A stretch of DNA of 47,107 nt from a bacterium (GCA_030680695.1 JAUXUT010000149.1:602324-649430); one strand, 5' to 3'. Positions 18,750 to 29,063 are shown, numbered from the stretch's first letter. The notes: a model not told the origin generated them from the sequence alone. Program-made: numbers and translations.

Positions 18750-20438
18750 ATGAAGTATTCCGTTCGCGAGCGAAGCTCGGACATCGTATCTGATCTTCTC
18801 GCGTATCGCGGCATTGTGACCGAGGCAGATCGCGCCGCATTTCTCGCACCAGACTACGACGCCCATACCCACGACCCGTTCCTCATGAAGGGTATGGATC
18901 TTGCTGTTGAGCGCATCTATCGGGCGATAAAAACAGGAGAGCGAATCGTCATTTTCAGTGACTATGATGCGGACGGCATCCCAGGCGGTGTTATTTTGCA
19001 CGATACTTTGAAAAAGCTTGGGTATACGAATTTCGAAAACTACATACCTCATCGTCATAACGAAGGTTTCGGTCTCAGCCTGAAGGCAATCGAAGGATTT
19101 GCTGAACGAGGCACAAAGCTCCTCGTCACTATCGATTGTGGCATCGGTAATATTGCCGAAGTCGCACGAGCGAACGAACTTGGCATTGAAACGATCATTA
19201 CCGACCATCATTTGCCGCATCGAGAGGACGGTCGAGACGTTTTACCGCCGGCATACGCAATTCTTGATCCGAAACAAGCAGATTGTGGCTATCCAGAAAA
19301 GATGCTCTGTGGGTCGGGTGTTATGTATAAACTTGTGCAGGCCTTGTTCAAAAAGCATGGCGAAGAATTCGGCGTAAAGCCAGGTTGGGAGAAATGGTAT
19401 CTAGACCTTGTCGGCATCGCAACCCTTTCGGATATGGTGCCTCTTGTTGGCGAGAATCGCGTCTTCGCGCACTATGGGCTCAAGGTTCTGCGCAAAACAG
19501 CTCGCCCTGGCCTCACTAAGCTTTACGAGAAACTGCGTCTAAAACGCGATGACATTACGGAAGACGACATTGGATTCACTATTACTCCACGAATCAATGC
19601 AGCGTCGCGCATGGGCGAGCCAGAACACGCCTTCAAATTGCTCTCGACTGACGACGAAGCCTTGGCTGATGTATATGCAGATGCACTCGAACACGTGAAC
19701 AATGAACGCAAAGGCACAGTCGCTTCACTCGTCAAAGAAATTCGTAAACTTCTCGCAGAACGGGACGTAGAGTCAAAGAAAGCCATTGTCATAGGCAATC
19801 CTTCATGGAGACCATCGCTTCTCGGCCTCGTCGCTAATTCACTTGCCGAAGAATACGGCAAACCTGCATTTCTGTGGGGCAGGGACGGTGACGGAATATT
19901 GAAAGGATCGTGCAGGTCGGCAGGCAACGGATCTGTGGTGGAAATTATGTCTGGTGCAAAAGAAATGTTCAGGGAATTCGGAGGACATGCCGCGTCTGGT
20001 GGTTTTGCTCTTTTACCTGATTCTGTCCACATGCTCGAAGATGCGCTGTGCAAGTCGTGTGAGGCGCTTTTTATCGAAAAGGACGAGAAAGAATCCTTCG
20101 TTGACGTGGCCATCACACTCGAAGACGTGTCGTGGTCGATGTATCGCGACATCGAGAAGCTTGCACCTTACGGAACTGGTAATCCCAAGCCCCTTTTTTT
20201 GATACGAAAAGCCCGCATCGGATCGGTGAAGGCCTTCGGCAAGGAAAAAAATCACACCGAAATAATTTTCGACGATTCGAACGGCCGAAAAATTTCCGCA
20301 ATACGGTTTTTCTTCTCAGCCGAAAATCTTCCGAGCCATGTGACAGCCAACAGTACAGCCGATTTTGTTGTCCAGCTAGAGAAATCCACCTTCAAACGCT
20401 ATCCCGAGCTTCGTTTACGCATAGTTGATATACTGTAG
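18750..20438 (+). CDS. recJ: single-stranded DNA exonuclease RecJ
   Basis: DYDADG, TIDCG, TDHH, PRINAASR, GSCRS and FGGHAASGG motifs; start uncertain (18714/18741/18750). Confidence 0.96.
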   Translation: MKYSVRERSSDIVSDLLAYRGIVTEADRAAFLAPDYDAHTHDPFLMKGMDLAVERIYRAIKTGERIVIFSDYDADGIPGGVILHDTLKKLGYTNFENYIPHRHNEGFGLSLKAIEGFAERGTKLLVTIDCGIGNIAEVARANELGIETIITDHHLPHREDGRDVLPPAYAILDPKQADCGYPEKMLCGSGVMYKLVQALFKKHGEEFGVKPGWEKWYLDLVGIATLSDMVPLVGENRVFAHYGLKVLRKTARPGLTKLYEKLRLKRDDITEDDIGFTITPRINAASRMGEPEHAFKLLSTDDEALADVYADALEHVNNERKGTVASLVKEIRKLLAERDVESKKAIVIGNPSWRPSLLGLVANSLAEEYGKPAFLWGRDGDGILKGSCRSAGNGSVVEIMSGAKEMFREFGGHAASGGFALLPDSVHMLEDALCKSCEALFIEKDEKESFVDVAITLEDVSWSMYRDIEKLAPYGTGNPKPLFLIRKARIGSVKAFGKEKNHTEIIFDDSNGRKISAIRFFFSAENLPSHVTANSTADFVVQLEKSTFKRYPELRLRIVDIL

Positions 20439-20441
20439 GCC

Positions 20442-21155
20442 ATGATAACGGCATTCACAGACGGATCGTCGCGCGGAAATCCTGGCCCTGGCGGATGGGC
20501 TGCGATTGTGCACATGAACGGACGCGTGGTCGAGCTGGGAGGGCACGCGGATGACACCACGAACAATCGCATGGAGCTTTCTGGTGCCATAAACTCAGCA
20601 GAGTGGATACACAAGAATGCAAAGACTCCGGACGGATCTTATGACGACGTCACTATTAAGAGCGATTCGAAATACGTTATCCAAGGCATAACTTCGTGGG
20701 TGAAAGGGTGGAAACAGAACGGATGGAAGACGGCAGGAAAGAAAGATGTTGGCAATCGCGACTTATGGGAAGCTCTCGATGCCTCGGTTCGAGGCCTCGG
20801 TATATCATGGGTTCATGTTGACGGCCACGCCGGTGTTGCAGGCAATGAACGTTGCGACGAGATTGCTACGGGATTTGCGGACGGCACAGACGTAGTTTTG
20901 TACGATGGTCCGTCTGATTCATATACCATAGACCTCTTCGCCGCCGCACCGGTCGCTGCCATGAACGCAAAGAAGGCATCAAAATCCCGTAAGACTGGTC
21001 CAGCATATTCATATCTGTCATTCGTAGATGGCGAGGTCCAGAGACATGCGACCTGGGCGGAATGCGAGGCGCGAGTCAAAGGTAAAAGGGCTAAGTTTAA
21101 GAAGGCTATGAGCGCAGCAGAAGAAGTGGAAATCCTCCAGTCTTGGGCGGTTTAG
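20442..21155 (+). CDS. rnhA: ribonuclease HI with C-terminal viroplasmin-like hybrid-binding domain
   Basis: TDGSSRGNPGPGGW, TNNRMEL, DSKYV and GHAG..GNERCD; C-terminal TWAECEARVKG..AKFKK. Confidence 0.95.
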   Translation: MITAFTDGSSRGNPGPGGWAAIVHMNGRVVELGGHADDTTNNRMELSGAINSAEWIHKNAKTPDGSYDDVTIKSDSKYVIQGITSWVKGWKQNGWKTAGKKDVGNRDLWEALDASVRGLGISWVHVDGHAGVAGNERCDEIATGFADGTDVVLYDGPSDSYTIDLFAAAPVAAMNAKKASKSRKTGPAYSYLSFVDGEVQRHATWAECEARVKGKRAKFKKAMSAAEEVEILQSWAV

Positions 21156-21210
21156 TTTTATTTCATACGAAAATATAGGGACCGTTGTCGCTTCGCGTTA
21201 GGCTTGGCGC

Positions 21211-22686
21211 ATGAAGGGGTCAACGTTCCAGTGTCTCTGTGTGTCATTTTTGGGCGGCATATTAGCCGCTTCTTTTTTGCCTCTGAAATATGCGATGTGT
21301 GGGGCGGTATTAATCGCATTCGGCGCAACGCCTTTTGTTTTTAGACGCTTCAGGTGTTGGCGGAATGTTTTACTCGTAGTTTTAATGGCGGCGCTTTTTG
21401 CATTCGGTGTGTGGAGATACGAGATGACTGAGATTACGGAATATCCTCTTGATCGTGTAATCGGTGAAACATCGACGTTCCACGGGCGCATATGTGCTGA
21501 ACCGGAAGATAGGGAATTCGATCAACGATTTTGTTTTGAACCAGACGATGGTGATGGTCGTATTCTTGTCCGAGCACCTAGATTTCCACGCCTGCATATC
21601 GGTGACAGGCTTGCTCTCACAGGAAAAATCGAATTACCACAAAACTTTGAATCATACGAAGGTGGTCCAGAGTTTGATTACGTCTCACATCTTGGCAAGG
21701 ATTCCATCAGATACGTGATGTCGCGACCTAAAATCGCCGACCTCGGTGAGAATGACGCAGGATTTGTTGTACGGGGACTTGTTGCGATAAAAAGGGCTTT
21801 CATGGGCATGGTCTCGCGTATCATGCCTGAACCATCAGCATCGCTCGTTGGTGGCATATTGTTGGGCGAGAAAGGGATGATGCCCAAGGACCTCGGCGAG
21901 GCGTTCAGGCGGTCCGGCCTTACACATATTCTTGTCCTTTCCGGATCGAACGTGACGGTTGTAGCGGAAAGCTTGCTCAGGGCCTTTTCGTTCTTGCCGC
22001 GCATGTACGGACAGTGGCTTGGTGCTGGGTCGATAGTATTGTTTGCCATTATGACGGGTGCTTCAACGACGACGGTGCGCGCGACGTTTATGGCACTCAT
22101 TGGCCTTTTGGCGCGGGGGACAGGAAGGCGGTATGACGTTATGCGAGCGCTGTCACTCGCGGCGCTTGTCATGGTGGTCCACAATCCACGCGTGCTCGCA
22201 TTCGACATCTCTTTTCAGTTGTCGTTTCTCGCGACGCTGGCCATAATATTCGTGTCACCACTTATCAAAGAGCGACTAGGGTTCGTGACGGAACGTTTTG
22301 CCGTGCGTGAAACCCTTGCGATGACATTGGGCACACAGATATTCACTTTGCCATTCATTGTATGGAAAATGGGCGAGATATCTTTGATTGCGCTTATACC
22401 GAACTTGCTGGTCCTGCCGATTGTGCCTCTCGCCATGCTCGGGGGATTTTTGGCTGGCACCGCTGGACTCATATGGGAACCCCTCGGCTTACCGTTTGCA
22501 TGGGCGACTGATGCTATGTTGTCTTACTCGGTCGTGGTCGTGGAATATTTTGGTGGTCTCGGTTTTGCCACGGTAAAGACGCGTTTCAGCGCGCCTTTAC
22601 TCGTCCTTTCGTATGTTTTTATGACTTTGGCGATATGGTGGCTTACCGCGCGTTCGCGAAATTCTGCTCCGCAGAATCCCAATTAA
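21211..22686 (+). CDS. comEC: ComEC/Rec2 competence membrane domain protein
   Basis: GLTHILVLSGSNV, R..FM and SFQLSFLAT motifs; many TM helices. Confidence 0.93.
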   Translation: MKGSTFQCLCVSFLGGILAASFLPLKYAMCGAVLIAFGATPFVFRRFRCWRNVLLVVLMAALFAFGVWRYEMTEITEYPLDRVIGETSTFHGRICAEPEDREFDQRFCFEPDDGDGRILVRAPRFPRLHIGDRLALTGKIELPQNFESYEGGPEFDYVSHLGKDSIRYVMSRPKIADLGENDAGFVVRGLVAIKRAFMGMVSRIMPEPSASLVGGILLGEKGMMPKDLGEAFRRSGLTHILVLSGSNVTVVAESLLRAFSFLPRMYGQWLGAGSIVLFAIMTGASTTTVRATFMALIGLLARGTGRRYDVMRALSLAALVMVVHNPRVLAFDISFQLSFLATLAIIFVSPLIKERLGFVTERFAVRETLAMTLGTQIFTLPFIVWKMGEISLIALIPNLLVLPIVPLAMLGGFLAGTAGLIWEPLGLPFAWATDAMLSYSVVVVEYFGGLGFATVKTRFSAPLLVLSYVFMTLAIWWLTARSRNSAPQNPN

Positions 22687-23245
22687 GGTTTGTGAAGAAA
22701 TCTTCAACGTATTTTTTCTTGCCTGAAGGTTTATAGTCTGCAACAAACGAGTGCTCCCACATGTCGAGCATGAGTATAGGTTTTGCGGCCGTGAGATGAC
22801 CGAGATGCTGTTCATCTATCCATGCATTTACGAGGCGGCCGGTCGTAGGGTCGAGATACAGCACAGCCCATCCGATGCCGCGGGTCATGGCGATGGCCTT
22901 GAAACGGGCGAGCCAGGCGTCGAATGATCCCCATTCTTCGGCGATGGCCTTTGCGAGGTTGCCGTTTACGTCTATATCCTTGGCGCCGCCTTCGAGATGG
23001 GCAAAATAGAATTCATGGTTCCTCATGCCGTCGAATTCAAAACCAAAGCGCCTCTGGAGCTCACCTATCTGATACGTATTCGCCTCGGCGGTCGCGGCGT
23101 CGTTCGATAACTCTGCAATTTTCTCGAGGATAAGGTTGCTGTGTTTTACGTAGCCCGAATAAAGTTTTAGATGTTCTTCGATATTTGATGCAGACATGCC
23201 TATAAGTTCAGGGATATTGAATTTTTTTTCTTCGAATTTTTTCAT
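22643..23245 (-). CDS. sod: Fe/Mn superoxide dismutase
   Basis: EHLKLYSGYV, NHEFYF and LDMWEHSF metal-ligand motifs. Confidence 0.93.
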   Translation of the reverse strand: MKKFEEKKFNIPELIGMSASNIEEHLKLYSGYVKHSNLILEKIAELSNDAATAEANTYQIGELQRRFGFEFDGMRNHEFYFAHLEGGAKDIDVNGNLAKAIAEEWGSFDAWLARFKAIAMTRGIGWAVLYLDPTTGRLVNAWIDEQHLGHLTAAKPILMLDMWEHSFVADYKPSGKKKYVEDFFTNLNWDSAEQNFANAR

Positions 23246-23330
23246 GAGTTTATTATACCTTTATCTTATTTTTTTAGCGTTCTTCCATGGGTCATGCAAC
23301 AGTGTACGCATGCGTATTTCACGCCGCAAG

Positions 23331-24167
23331 ATGAAAAAGTTTATTGCACCCTTTGTTGTTTTGGCGGCACTGCTGTGGTTTGGCGTTTGGACGAGCACGC
23401 CATCCGGCTTTCTCGAGATACATTTTCTAGATGTGGGGCAGGGTGATGCCATATATGTGCGGGCCCCGAACGGATTTGATATGCTCGTCGATTCCGGACC
23501 ATCACCATCAATCCTGCGACGATTGGGTGAGGCCATGCCTTGGTATGACCGCAGTATCGACGTACTCATAGAGACGCATCCAGACCAGGATCATATCGGT
23601 GGATTTCCCGATGTCATCGAACGATATAATGTTGGCCTGTTCGTTATGCCTGGCGTACAGTCTGCGAATTCGACGGACGATGAGATTGAAAGATTACTCG
23701 AGGAAAAGGGCATACCAGTGTCGCTCGCCCGTCGTGGCATGGTGATAGACCTCGGTGGCGGTGTCAGGTTCGATGTCCTTTTTCCGGATGTGGATCCATC
23801 GAAATTGAAAACTAATGATGCATCCATTGTTGGGCGGCTTGTGTACGGCGATACTGCGGTTATGCTCACTGGTGATTCGCCGAAATGGGTCGAAACGAAA
23901 CTCGTTGGTCTTGATGGGCCGCAAGGGCTTGCGAGTCAGGTGCTCAAAGCTGGGCATCACGGATCAAAGACGTCGTCGGGGGATGCTTTTGTCGTTGCGG
24001 TTAATCCCGATTTTGCCGTGGTTTCTGCCGGCAAAGACAATCGTTACGGCCATCCAAACGAGGAAGTCCTGGTGACGTTTAGAAAGTATGATGTGCCCGT
24101 CCTTCGAACTTACGAGGAAGGCACCATTGTGTTTTTTAGCGACGGTCGACGCTTATGGAGAAAATGA
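23331..24167 (+). CDS. ComEC-type metallo-beta-lactamase domain protein
   Basis: FLDVGQGDA, THPDQDHIGG, LTGD, KAGHHGSKTSS and NRYGHP motifs; start moved to ATG 23331. Confidence 0.92.
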   Translation: MKKFIAPFVVLAALLWFGVWTSTPSGFLEIHFLDVGQGDAIYVRAPNGFDMLVDSGPSPSILRRLGEAMPWYDRSIDVLIETHPDQDHIGGFPDVIERYNVGLFVMPGVQSANSTDDEIERLLEEKGIPVSLARRGMVIDLGGGVRFDVLFPDVDPSKLKTNDASIVGRLVYGDTAVMLTGDSPKWVETKLVGLDGPQGLASQVLKAGHHGSKTSSGDAFVVAVNPDFAVVSAGKDNRYGHPNEEVLVTFRKYDVPVLRTYEEGTIVFFSDGRRLWRK

Positions 24168-24199
24168 AAACGCCGACACAGTGTGTCGGCGTTGCAATG

Positions 24200-24544
24200 T
24201 TAGTAGGCGGGTCTTCTGGCTCGTTTGAGAGCCTCCATGCGATTGTTGTCGGCGATGATGATGGTTCGCAGATAGCCGGCCAAGCCCTTGTCAACTTCGA
24301 GGCAGGTCCTGACGCTTTTCCTAACCTTCTCGATTACTTCACCCTTGTTGATGTGGTCGACGTGGTCACGGTCGTTGGTGAGATACAACGCAAGGGCACT
24401 GCTCGAGCTCTGAAGGAAGTCCCGATAGGCTTCCGCACGCCGTTCAGATTCTATGCGCTTGCTGTATTCAGTCGCGAGTAGGCACGCGAGGATGATACAG
24501 ATCAAGGGAGTTAGAATACCTAAGACTATAGAGATAATGTTCAT
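24200..24544 (-). CDS. hypothetical single-TM protein (solo accessory gene)
   Basis: N-terminal TM helix; flanked by hairpins at about 24169-24193 and 24597-24621. Confidence 0.6.
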   Translation of the reverse strand: MNIISIVLGILTPLICIILACLLATEYSKRIESERRAEAYRDFLQSSSSALALYLTNDRDHVDHINKGEVIEKVRKSVRTCLEVDKGLAGYLRTIIIADNNRMEALKRARRPAY

Positions 24545-24627
24545 GTGTAATGGTTTATCTCGAGCCTAACTCCTGGAACTGTCCGCGTCAAATGAAAAGC
24601 CGCCGACTTACGTCGGCGGCTGAAAGG

Positions 24628-25173
24628 TTATTCATGTTCCAGTGTCTCCACTGGATAGACGTCGCTCGCCACGAGTTTCGACATCTCGGCGTCGTACTTC
24701 GCCCATCCACCGAGTTTCTGTCCGGCAATGATGGCGGGAAGGACGATTGTGTCGAGGGCCAAGACGTCTTCGGGGAGGTCATTGATTGGATAGAATCGCG
24801 CCCCGACGATTTCTTTGCTATCGTTGGCCTCACCTGTCCATTTCTTGATGACGAAATAGGTGAGGATGAGGTCGGAACGGCCGTCCTCGTTCTTCACCAC
24901 GAAACGCGCCATCGGAACGGCATCATCTGGTTCGATGATTATCCCGGATTTTCCAGGAACCGCCGTCTCCGTCTCGCATTCGCGTACGATGCACGCGACA
25001 TCGGACGGGTCCGTCACGTCTCTTTTACCGCCGTACCCAATGATTTTGCCGGCGATCCGAAGCTTGAGAGAGCTCGGTGTCGCTATTTTCCTTCCCATGA
25101 ATACCTCTGGACCTTGGACGCCCTCACGAATGAGGTAACCCACAGTCATTCGTTTTAAGGTGGTCGTGCTCAT
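24628..25173 (-). CDS. NUDIX hydrolase
   Basis: Nudix-like box GGKRDVTDPSDVACIVRECETET; start ATG 25173. Confidence 0.75.
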   Translation of the reverse strand: MSTTTLKRMTVGYLIREGVQGPEVFMGRKIATPSSLKLRIAGKIIGYGGKRDVTDPSDVACIVRECETETAVPGKSGIIIEPDDAVPMARFVVKNEDGRSDLILTYFVIKKWTGEANDSKEIVGARFYPINDLPEDVLALDTIVLPAIIAGQKLGGWAKYDAEMSKLVASDVYPVETLEHE

Positions 25174-25211
25174 ATTTAAACTTACTTTACCCCTGTTCAA
25201 GATTCCGTCAA

Positions 25212-25249
25212 ACAAAAACCACCCCGTCTATAGACGGGGTGGTTTTTGT
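25212..25249. terminator. perfect 38-bp palindrome, terminator of rpmB
   Basis: acaaaaaccaccccgtcta|tagacggggtggtttttgt. Confidence 0.8.
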
Positions 25250-25250
25250 A

Positions 25251-25493
25251 TTAAATCAATTTTGCCTTTTTGAGGGTGGCGTATGCGCCGTTCTTGTTTA
25301 TGGTCTTGATTGCGCGGGTCGAAAGGGTGAGGCGGATAGACTTCTTGAGCTCAGGGATGTAGACCTTCTTGGTCTGAAGGTTGAGGTATCGGCGGCGCTT
25401 GCCAGTAGGGTTGTACTGGGTTGCGCGGGTAGCGTTAGAGTAGCCGCCACCGACGATTGAAGTCCTTTTTGTTACTGGGCAGATCTTTGCCAT
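25251..25493 (-). CDS. rpmB: 50S ribosomal protein L28
   Basis: MAKICPVT...RRYLNLQTKKVYIPELKKSIRLTLSTRAIKTI. Confidence 0.93.
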   Translation of the reverse strand: MAKICPVTKRTSIVGGGYSNATRATQYNPTGKRRRYLNLQTKKVYIPELKKSIRLTLSTRAIKTINKNGAYATLKKAKLI

Positions 25494-25552
25494 AGGAACC
25501 ACATCCTAACACAGGCTTTATCTGGGGGCAAGTTATAGGGTAGAATGCGGGT

Positions 25553-26182
25553 ATGGAACCTCAATTTCTTTTTGCGCTCCTGGTTCTCCTGTTCTCGGTC
25601 GTCATACATGAGGTATCGCACGGCTTTGCCGCGCTTTTTCTCGGTGACCGCACAGCAGAATACGAGGGAAGGCTCACCTTGAATCCGATAAAGCATATCG
25701 ACCCAATCGGCACCATCGTATTTCCGTTCATCAGCATGCTTATCGGAGGTTTCATATTCGGTTGGGCCAAGCCGGTGCCTTACAATCCGTATAATCTTCG
25801 TAACCGTCGATGGGGCGAGGCCATTGTCGCTTTTGCTGGACCGCTGTCGAACATTATTCTTGCCCTCATCTTTGGGCTTTTTATGAGATTCTATCTCTTG
25901 CCTCAAGGCATGGCGCTCGATCCGATCGGCATCATCTGTATGACCATTGTGATTGTGAATATTGCACTCGCCATATTCAATCTTGTGCCGGTGCCTCCAC
26001 TTGACGGGTCCAAGATTCTGACAGCTTTCCTGCCTGCGAACGCGCTTAAGGCTCGTCAGGCTATAGAACGCCTCGGATTCTTTGGCGTCCTTATATTCAT
26101 ATTCTTGTTCTGGCGATTCTTTGCGCCCGTAATACCATGGGCCTTTACTCTGATTACTGGAGCGTCGTTCGGATCACTTTAA
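25553..26182 (+). CDS. site-2 protease family (M50) membrane metalloprotease
   Basis: HEVSH, AGPLSN and FNLVPVPPLDGSK motifs. Confidence 0.95.
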   Translation: MEPQFLFALLVLLFSVVIHEVSHGFAALFLGDRTAEYEGRLTLNPIKHIDPIGTIVFPFISMLIGGFIFGWAKPVPYNPYNLRNRRWGEAIVAFAGPLSNIILALIFGLFMRFYLLPQGMALDPIGIICMTIVIVNIALAIFNLVPVPPLDGSKILTAFLPANALKARQAIERLGFFGVLIFIFLFWRFFAPVIPWAFTLITGASFGSL

Positions 26183-27143
26183 ATTTACCATCGTCTTTCA
26201 CGACAGTTGTTGGTCCAACATTCATTTCGAGAGTTCGTTCGTACGGGAGGAACGAGTTCGCGACTACATACAATTCGCCACTAGGGGCAAGGAAATTTTT
26301 CGCTTCGTGAGAAAGTCTGTCAATAAAAGCGTAATCCGTGGCGATTCCCGTATGAAACGGGGGATTAGAAACGATGAGGTCGAATTGTGTGGTCCGGCCG
26401 TCTGCACCGCGCGTTACGCCCGCAAGCACGTCTGATTCGAACACATCAGCTTCGACACCATTCTTTTTCAATGTTTCTTTGGTCGCGAGCACAGCGAGGC
26501 GGCTCTTGTCACACATAGACACTTCAGAATCAGGCGAAAGTTTCTTATATATCGTACCTATGACGCCTGCGCCGCATCCAACGTCGATGACACGCTTTTT
26601 TCCGTACGGAATATGTGAGAGGAGCAGTCGTGTGCCAGCATCAAGCTTGCCTGTATTGAACACACCTGGAAAATGGGCGACATCAACCGCGATTTCTTCC
26701 GTGCCATTTTTGTACACAATCGGCTCGTATGCCAAGAAGTCTGCAAGATTTTTATGCGCCGTCAGCTTTTCGTTCATCCCAACATACAGAGCCGAATGAT
26801 TTCCGACCATTTTTTCTTGCACCGGTCCGATGTTCGCCTCGAAGGCTACATTCGCAGATCTGATGCCCGCATCGTTCTCACCTGTCAGTACGACAACACC
26901 GCCTTTACGAACGGCTTTTGACGCGAAAGCCAGGGTCATATCAATAAGAGCTTTGCCTTTAGGGAGGAGGACAATGGCGCTTTCGGCTTCCGGCGCGCTT
27001 CCCATGGCCTGCGGCGCGAAAAGCGACTCTTCGGAGTCGAACAAGAGCGGGTCTTTGAGCCCGTGCGCGGCGAGGGCGACACGGTTGCGCTCGATGAGGG
27101 CGAGGGGAAGGCCGTTGCTGATTTTATTTTTCGACATGACCAT
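26154..27143 (-). CDS. RsmC-like (MTS family) SAM-dependent methyltransferase
   Basis: PGVF..GKLDAGT.LLL, DVGCGAGVIG, SNPPFHTG and YVVAN.FLPY motifs. Confidence 0.85.
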   Translation of the reverse strand: MVMSKNKISNGLPLALIERNRVALAAHGLKDPLLFDSEESLFAPQAMGSAPEAESAIVLLPKGKALIDMTLAFASKAVRKGGVVVLTGENDAGIRSANVAFEANIGPVQEKMVGNHSALYVGMNEKLTAHKNLADFLAYEPIVYKNGTEEIAVDVAHFPGVFNTGKLDAGTRLLLSHIPYGKKRVIDVGCGAGVIGTIYKKLSPDSEVSMCDKSRLAVLATKETLKKNGVEADVFESDVLAGVTRGADGRTTQFDLIVSNPPFHTGIATDYAFIDRLSHEAKNFLAPSGELYVVANSFLPYERTLEMNVGPTTVVKDDGKFKVIRTTLQ

Positions 27144-27272
27144 ATCCTATTCGAGCTGTACGGTTTTGGGAATAGGGAGTAAATCATGTCGCATCATTGA
27201 CGATTTATATATTTAAGTGTATAACTAATTAGTAATAGCACATCAACAAACAACCAATTTCGGAGTTTTCTT

Positions 27273-27629
27273 ATGGACAAAAAGAAAGTCGGTGCCTTCC
27301 TCGCCGGTAAGAGGCTGGTGCTTGGTCTCAGTGAAAAGCAGATGAGCAACTTGCTTGGCTGCAATCGGACGACGGTGATGCGCATCGAGAAAGGCCTGTC
27401 CGGCATCCGTCGCAACAATGTCGCCAATGTAGCGCAAGCGTATCAGGTCTCGATTAAGGAGCTGACAGAGATGTGTGACTATGAGACATCTCACGTTCCG
27501 GATGCTCCCATGCTTGTGACAACGGAGGACCTCAAATTCTTGGTTACGGTCTCTGAAGGCCTCAAGACGCCCATGAGCATGACTCTGATCTACGGACTCC
27601 TGTCTCATCGTAAGCAGAGCACTGGCTGA
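27273..27629 (+). CDS. XRE-family helix-turn-helix regulator
   Basis: GLSEKQMSNLLGCNRTTVMRIEKG HTH; TTGACG-17-TATAAC promoter upstream and hairpin at about 27661-27682. Confidence 0.8.
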   Translation: MDKKKVGAFLAGKRLVLGLSEKQMSNLLGCNRTTVMRIEKGLSGIRRNNVANVAQAYQVSIKELTEMCDYETSHVPDAPMLVTTEDLKFLVTVSEGLKTPMSMTLIYGLLSHRKQSTG

Positions 27630-27692
27630 ATTCAGCTTTTGGGAACACGTACTATTTCCAAGCCCGCATTTATGCGGGCTTTGTTTTGAAAA

Positions 27693-28964
27693 CTAACCGC
27701 GCTGTTTCAATTTCGCCAGTTCTTCACGCACAACGGTTGCGTCGTCCCATGGAATCTTGGTGTTGTTCGCACCCATAATATACGGATCTGTACCTTTACC
27801 TGTGATGAGTACGGCGTCGGATGATTTTGCCATGGCGAGGGCCTTGGCGATGGCTTCACGCCTATCCATAATGACCTGCGGTACGGCGTCGGCGATCGCG
27901 GCGGCCATGTCATCCACTATTTTCTTCGGGTCATCATCGTACGGGTCTTCATTGGTGAGAATTATCTCATCGCATTCAGCGGCGGCGATGCGCGCCATCT
28001 GATCACGCTTCCATGTGTCACGTCCGCCACCAGTATTGCCGAGCACGCAGATTCGTCGTGAGTTTTGAAAGACGTCATAGAGCTTCTGCAAGGAATCTGG
28101 CGTATGTGCGTAATCCACGACCACGGTGAAGTCCTGTCCGGCCTCGATACGTTCGACGCGGCCGCGGATACCCGTGAACTTCTCGATGGCTTTTTTGCAT
28201 GTTTCGATAGATATTCCTTGGGTATCAGCATACGTGATGGCGGCGAGCTCGTTCATGATGTTGAATTCACCCGAAAGCAGTGAATCAATGCGCATTCCTC
28301 GTACAGTCATATAGAAACCTTCCTTGTGAAGTTGGAACGGTGCGGCATCCGAAAGCGAGAACAGCACCTTGTGTTCAAATGGGTGGTCAACGAAACGATC
28401 GTGATGCTTGTCGTCTTTGTTGGCGACGATGATAGTCGGCTTTTTTGGTGACCTCGACACGGCTTCGGCGATCGAAAGCTTGGCGGCAAGATATTTGTCG
28501 AACGATCCGTGGGCCTCGATGTGTTCCGGGGCGATGTTGGTGAAAATGAGAGCATCGAAATCAATGAAGCGGTGTCGGAAAAACTGCGCACCCTGACTTG
28601 TCGCCTCGACCACAGCGTATTGGCAGCCAGCTTTGACCGCGTCACTCAGAAATTTTTGCATAAAGAACCGTCCAGGCATCGACATCTTGTGCATGTTGTC
28701 CCGTGACTCACCGGCGATCTTGAATCTGATGGTGTTCGAAACGGCGGTCTTGTATCCGGCTTCTCTGAGAATAGCGTTAGTTATTTCAACCACTGACGTT
28801 TTGCCTTTGGTGCCGGTAACGGCCACTACTTTGATGTGGCGAGAAGGGAAGCGGTATATGACCGCGCCAAGCCAGGCCATAGATATGTGATAAGCAGGCT
28901 GAAGGGCACGGAAAATGAAGCTGGGTATGAGCTTGCGGAGGTGATAGAGGATATTATCGTACAT
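27693..28964 (-). CDS. murE: UDP-N-acetylmuramoyl-dipeptide--amino acid ligase (MurE-like)
   Basis: VTGTKGKTS, FTNIAPEHIE, GR.E, VDYAHTPDSL, TNEDP and ITGKG motifs. Confidence 0.9.
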   Translation of the reverse strand: MYDNILYHLRKLIPSFIFRALQPAYHISMAWLGAVIYRFPSRHIKVVAVTGTKGKTSVVEITNAILREAGYKTAVSNTIRFKIAGESRDNMHKMSMPGRFFMQKFLSDAVKAGCQYAVVEATSQGAQFFRHRFIDFDALIFTNIAPEHIEAHGSFDKYLAAKLSIAEAVSRSPKKPTIIVANKDDKHHDRFVDHPFEHKVLFSLSDAAPFQLHKEGFYMTVRGMRIDSLLSGEFNIMNELAAITYADTQGISIETCKKAIEKFTGIRGRVERIEAGQDFTVVVDYAHTPDSLQKLYDVFQNSRRICVLGNTGGGRDTWKRDQMARIAAAECDEIILTNEDPYDDDPKKIVDDMAAAIADAVPQVIMDRREAIAKALAMAKSSDAVLITGKGTDPYIMGANNTKIPWDDATVVREELAKLKQRG

Positions 28965-29019
28965 AGTGTGCGCTGTTGAAGTGTCTGTATTATGGCCTAT
29001 TTTCAGGGTTTAAAAAGGC

Positions 29020-29048
29020 TTGCAATTTAAACCCCTATGTGGTATAAT
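29020..29048 (+). promoter_or_regulatory. orphan consensus sigma70 promoter
   Basis: TTGCAA-17 nt-TATAAT with extended TG. Confidence 0.55.
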
Positions 29049-29063
29049 TGAAAGATAAGCTTC

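Noticed and set aside
24550-25158. Plus-strand 202-aa ORF and similar long antisense ORFs (e.g. 326-907, 1475-2143, 31709-32473, 37971-38672, 40549-41295)
   Set aside because: These are shadows of well-supported genes on the opposite strand and have no recognisable motifs.
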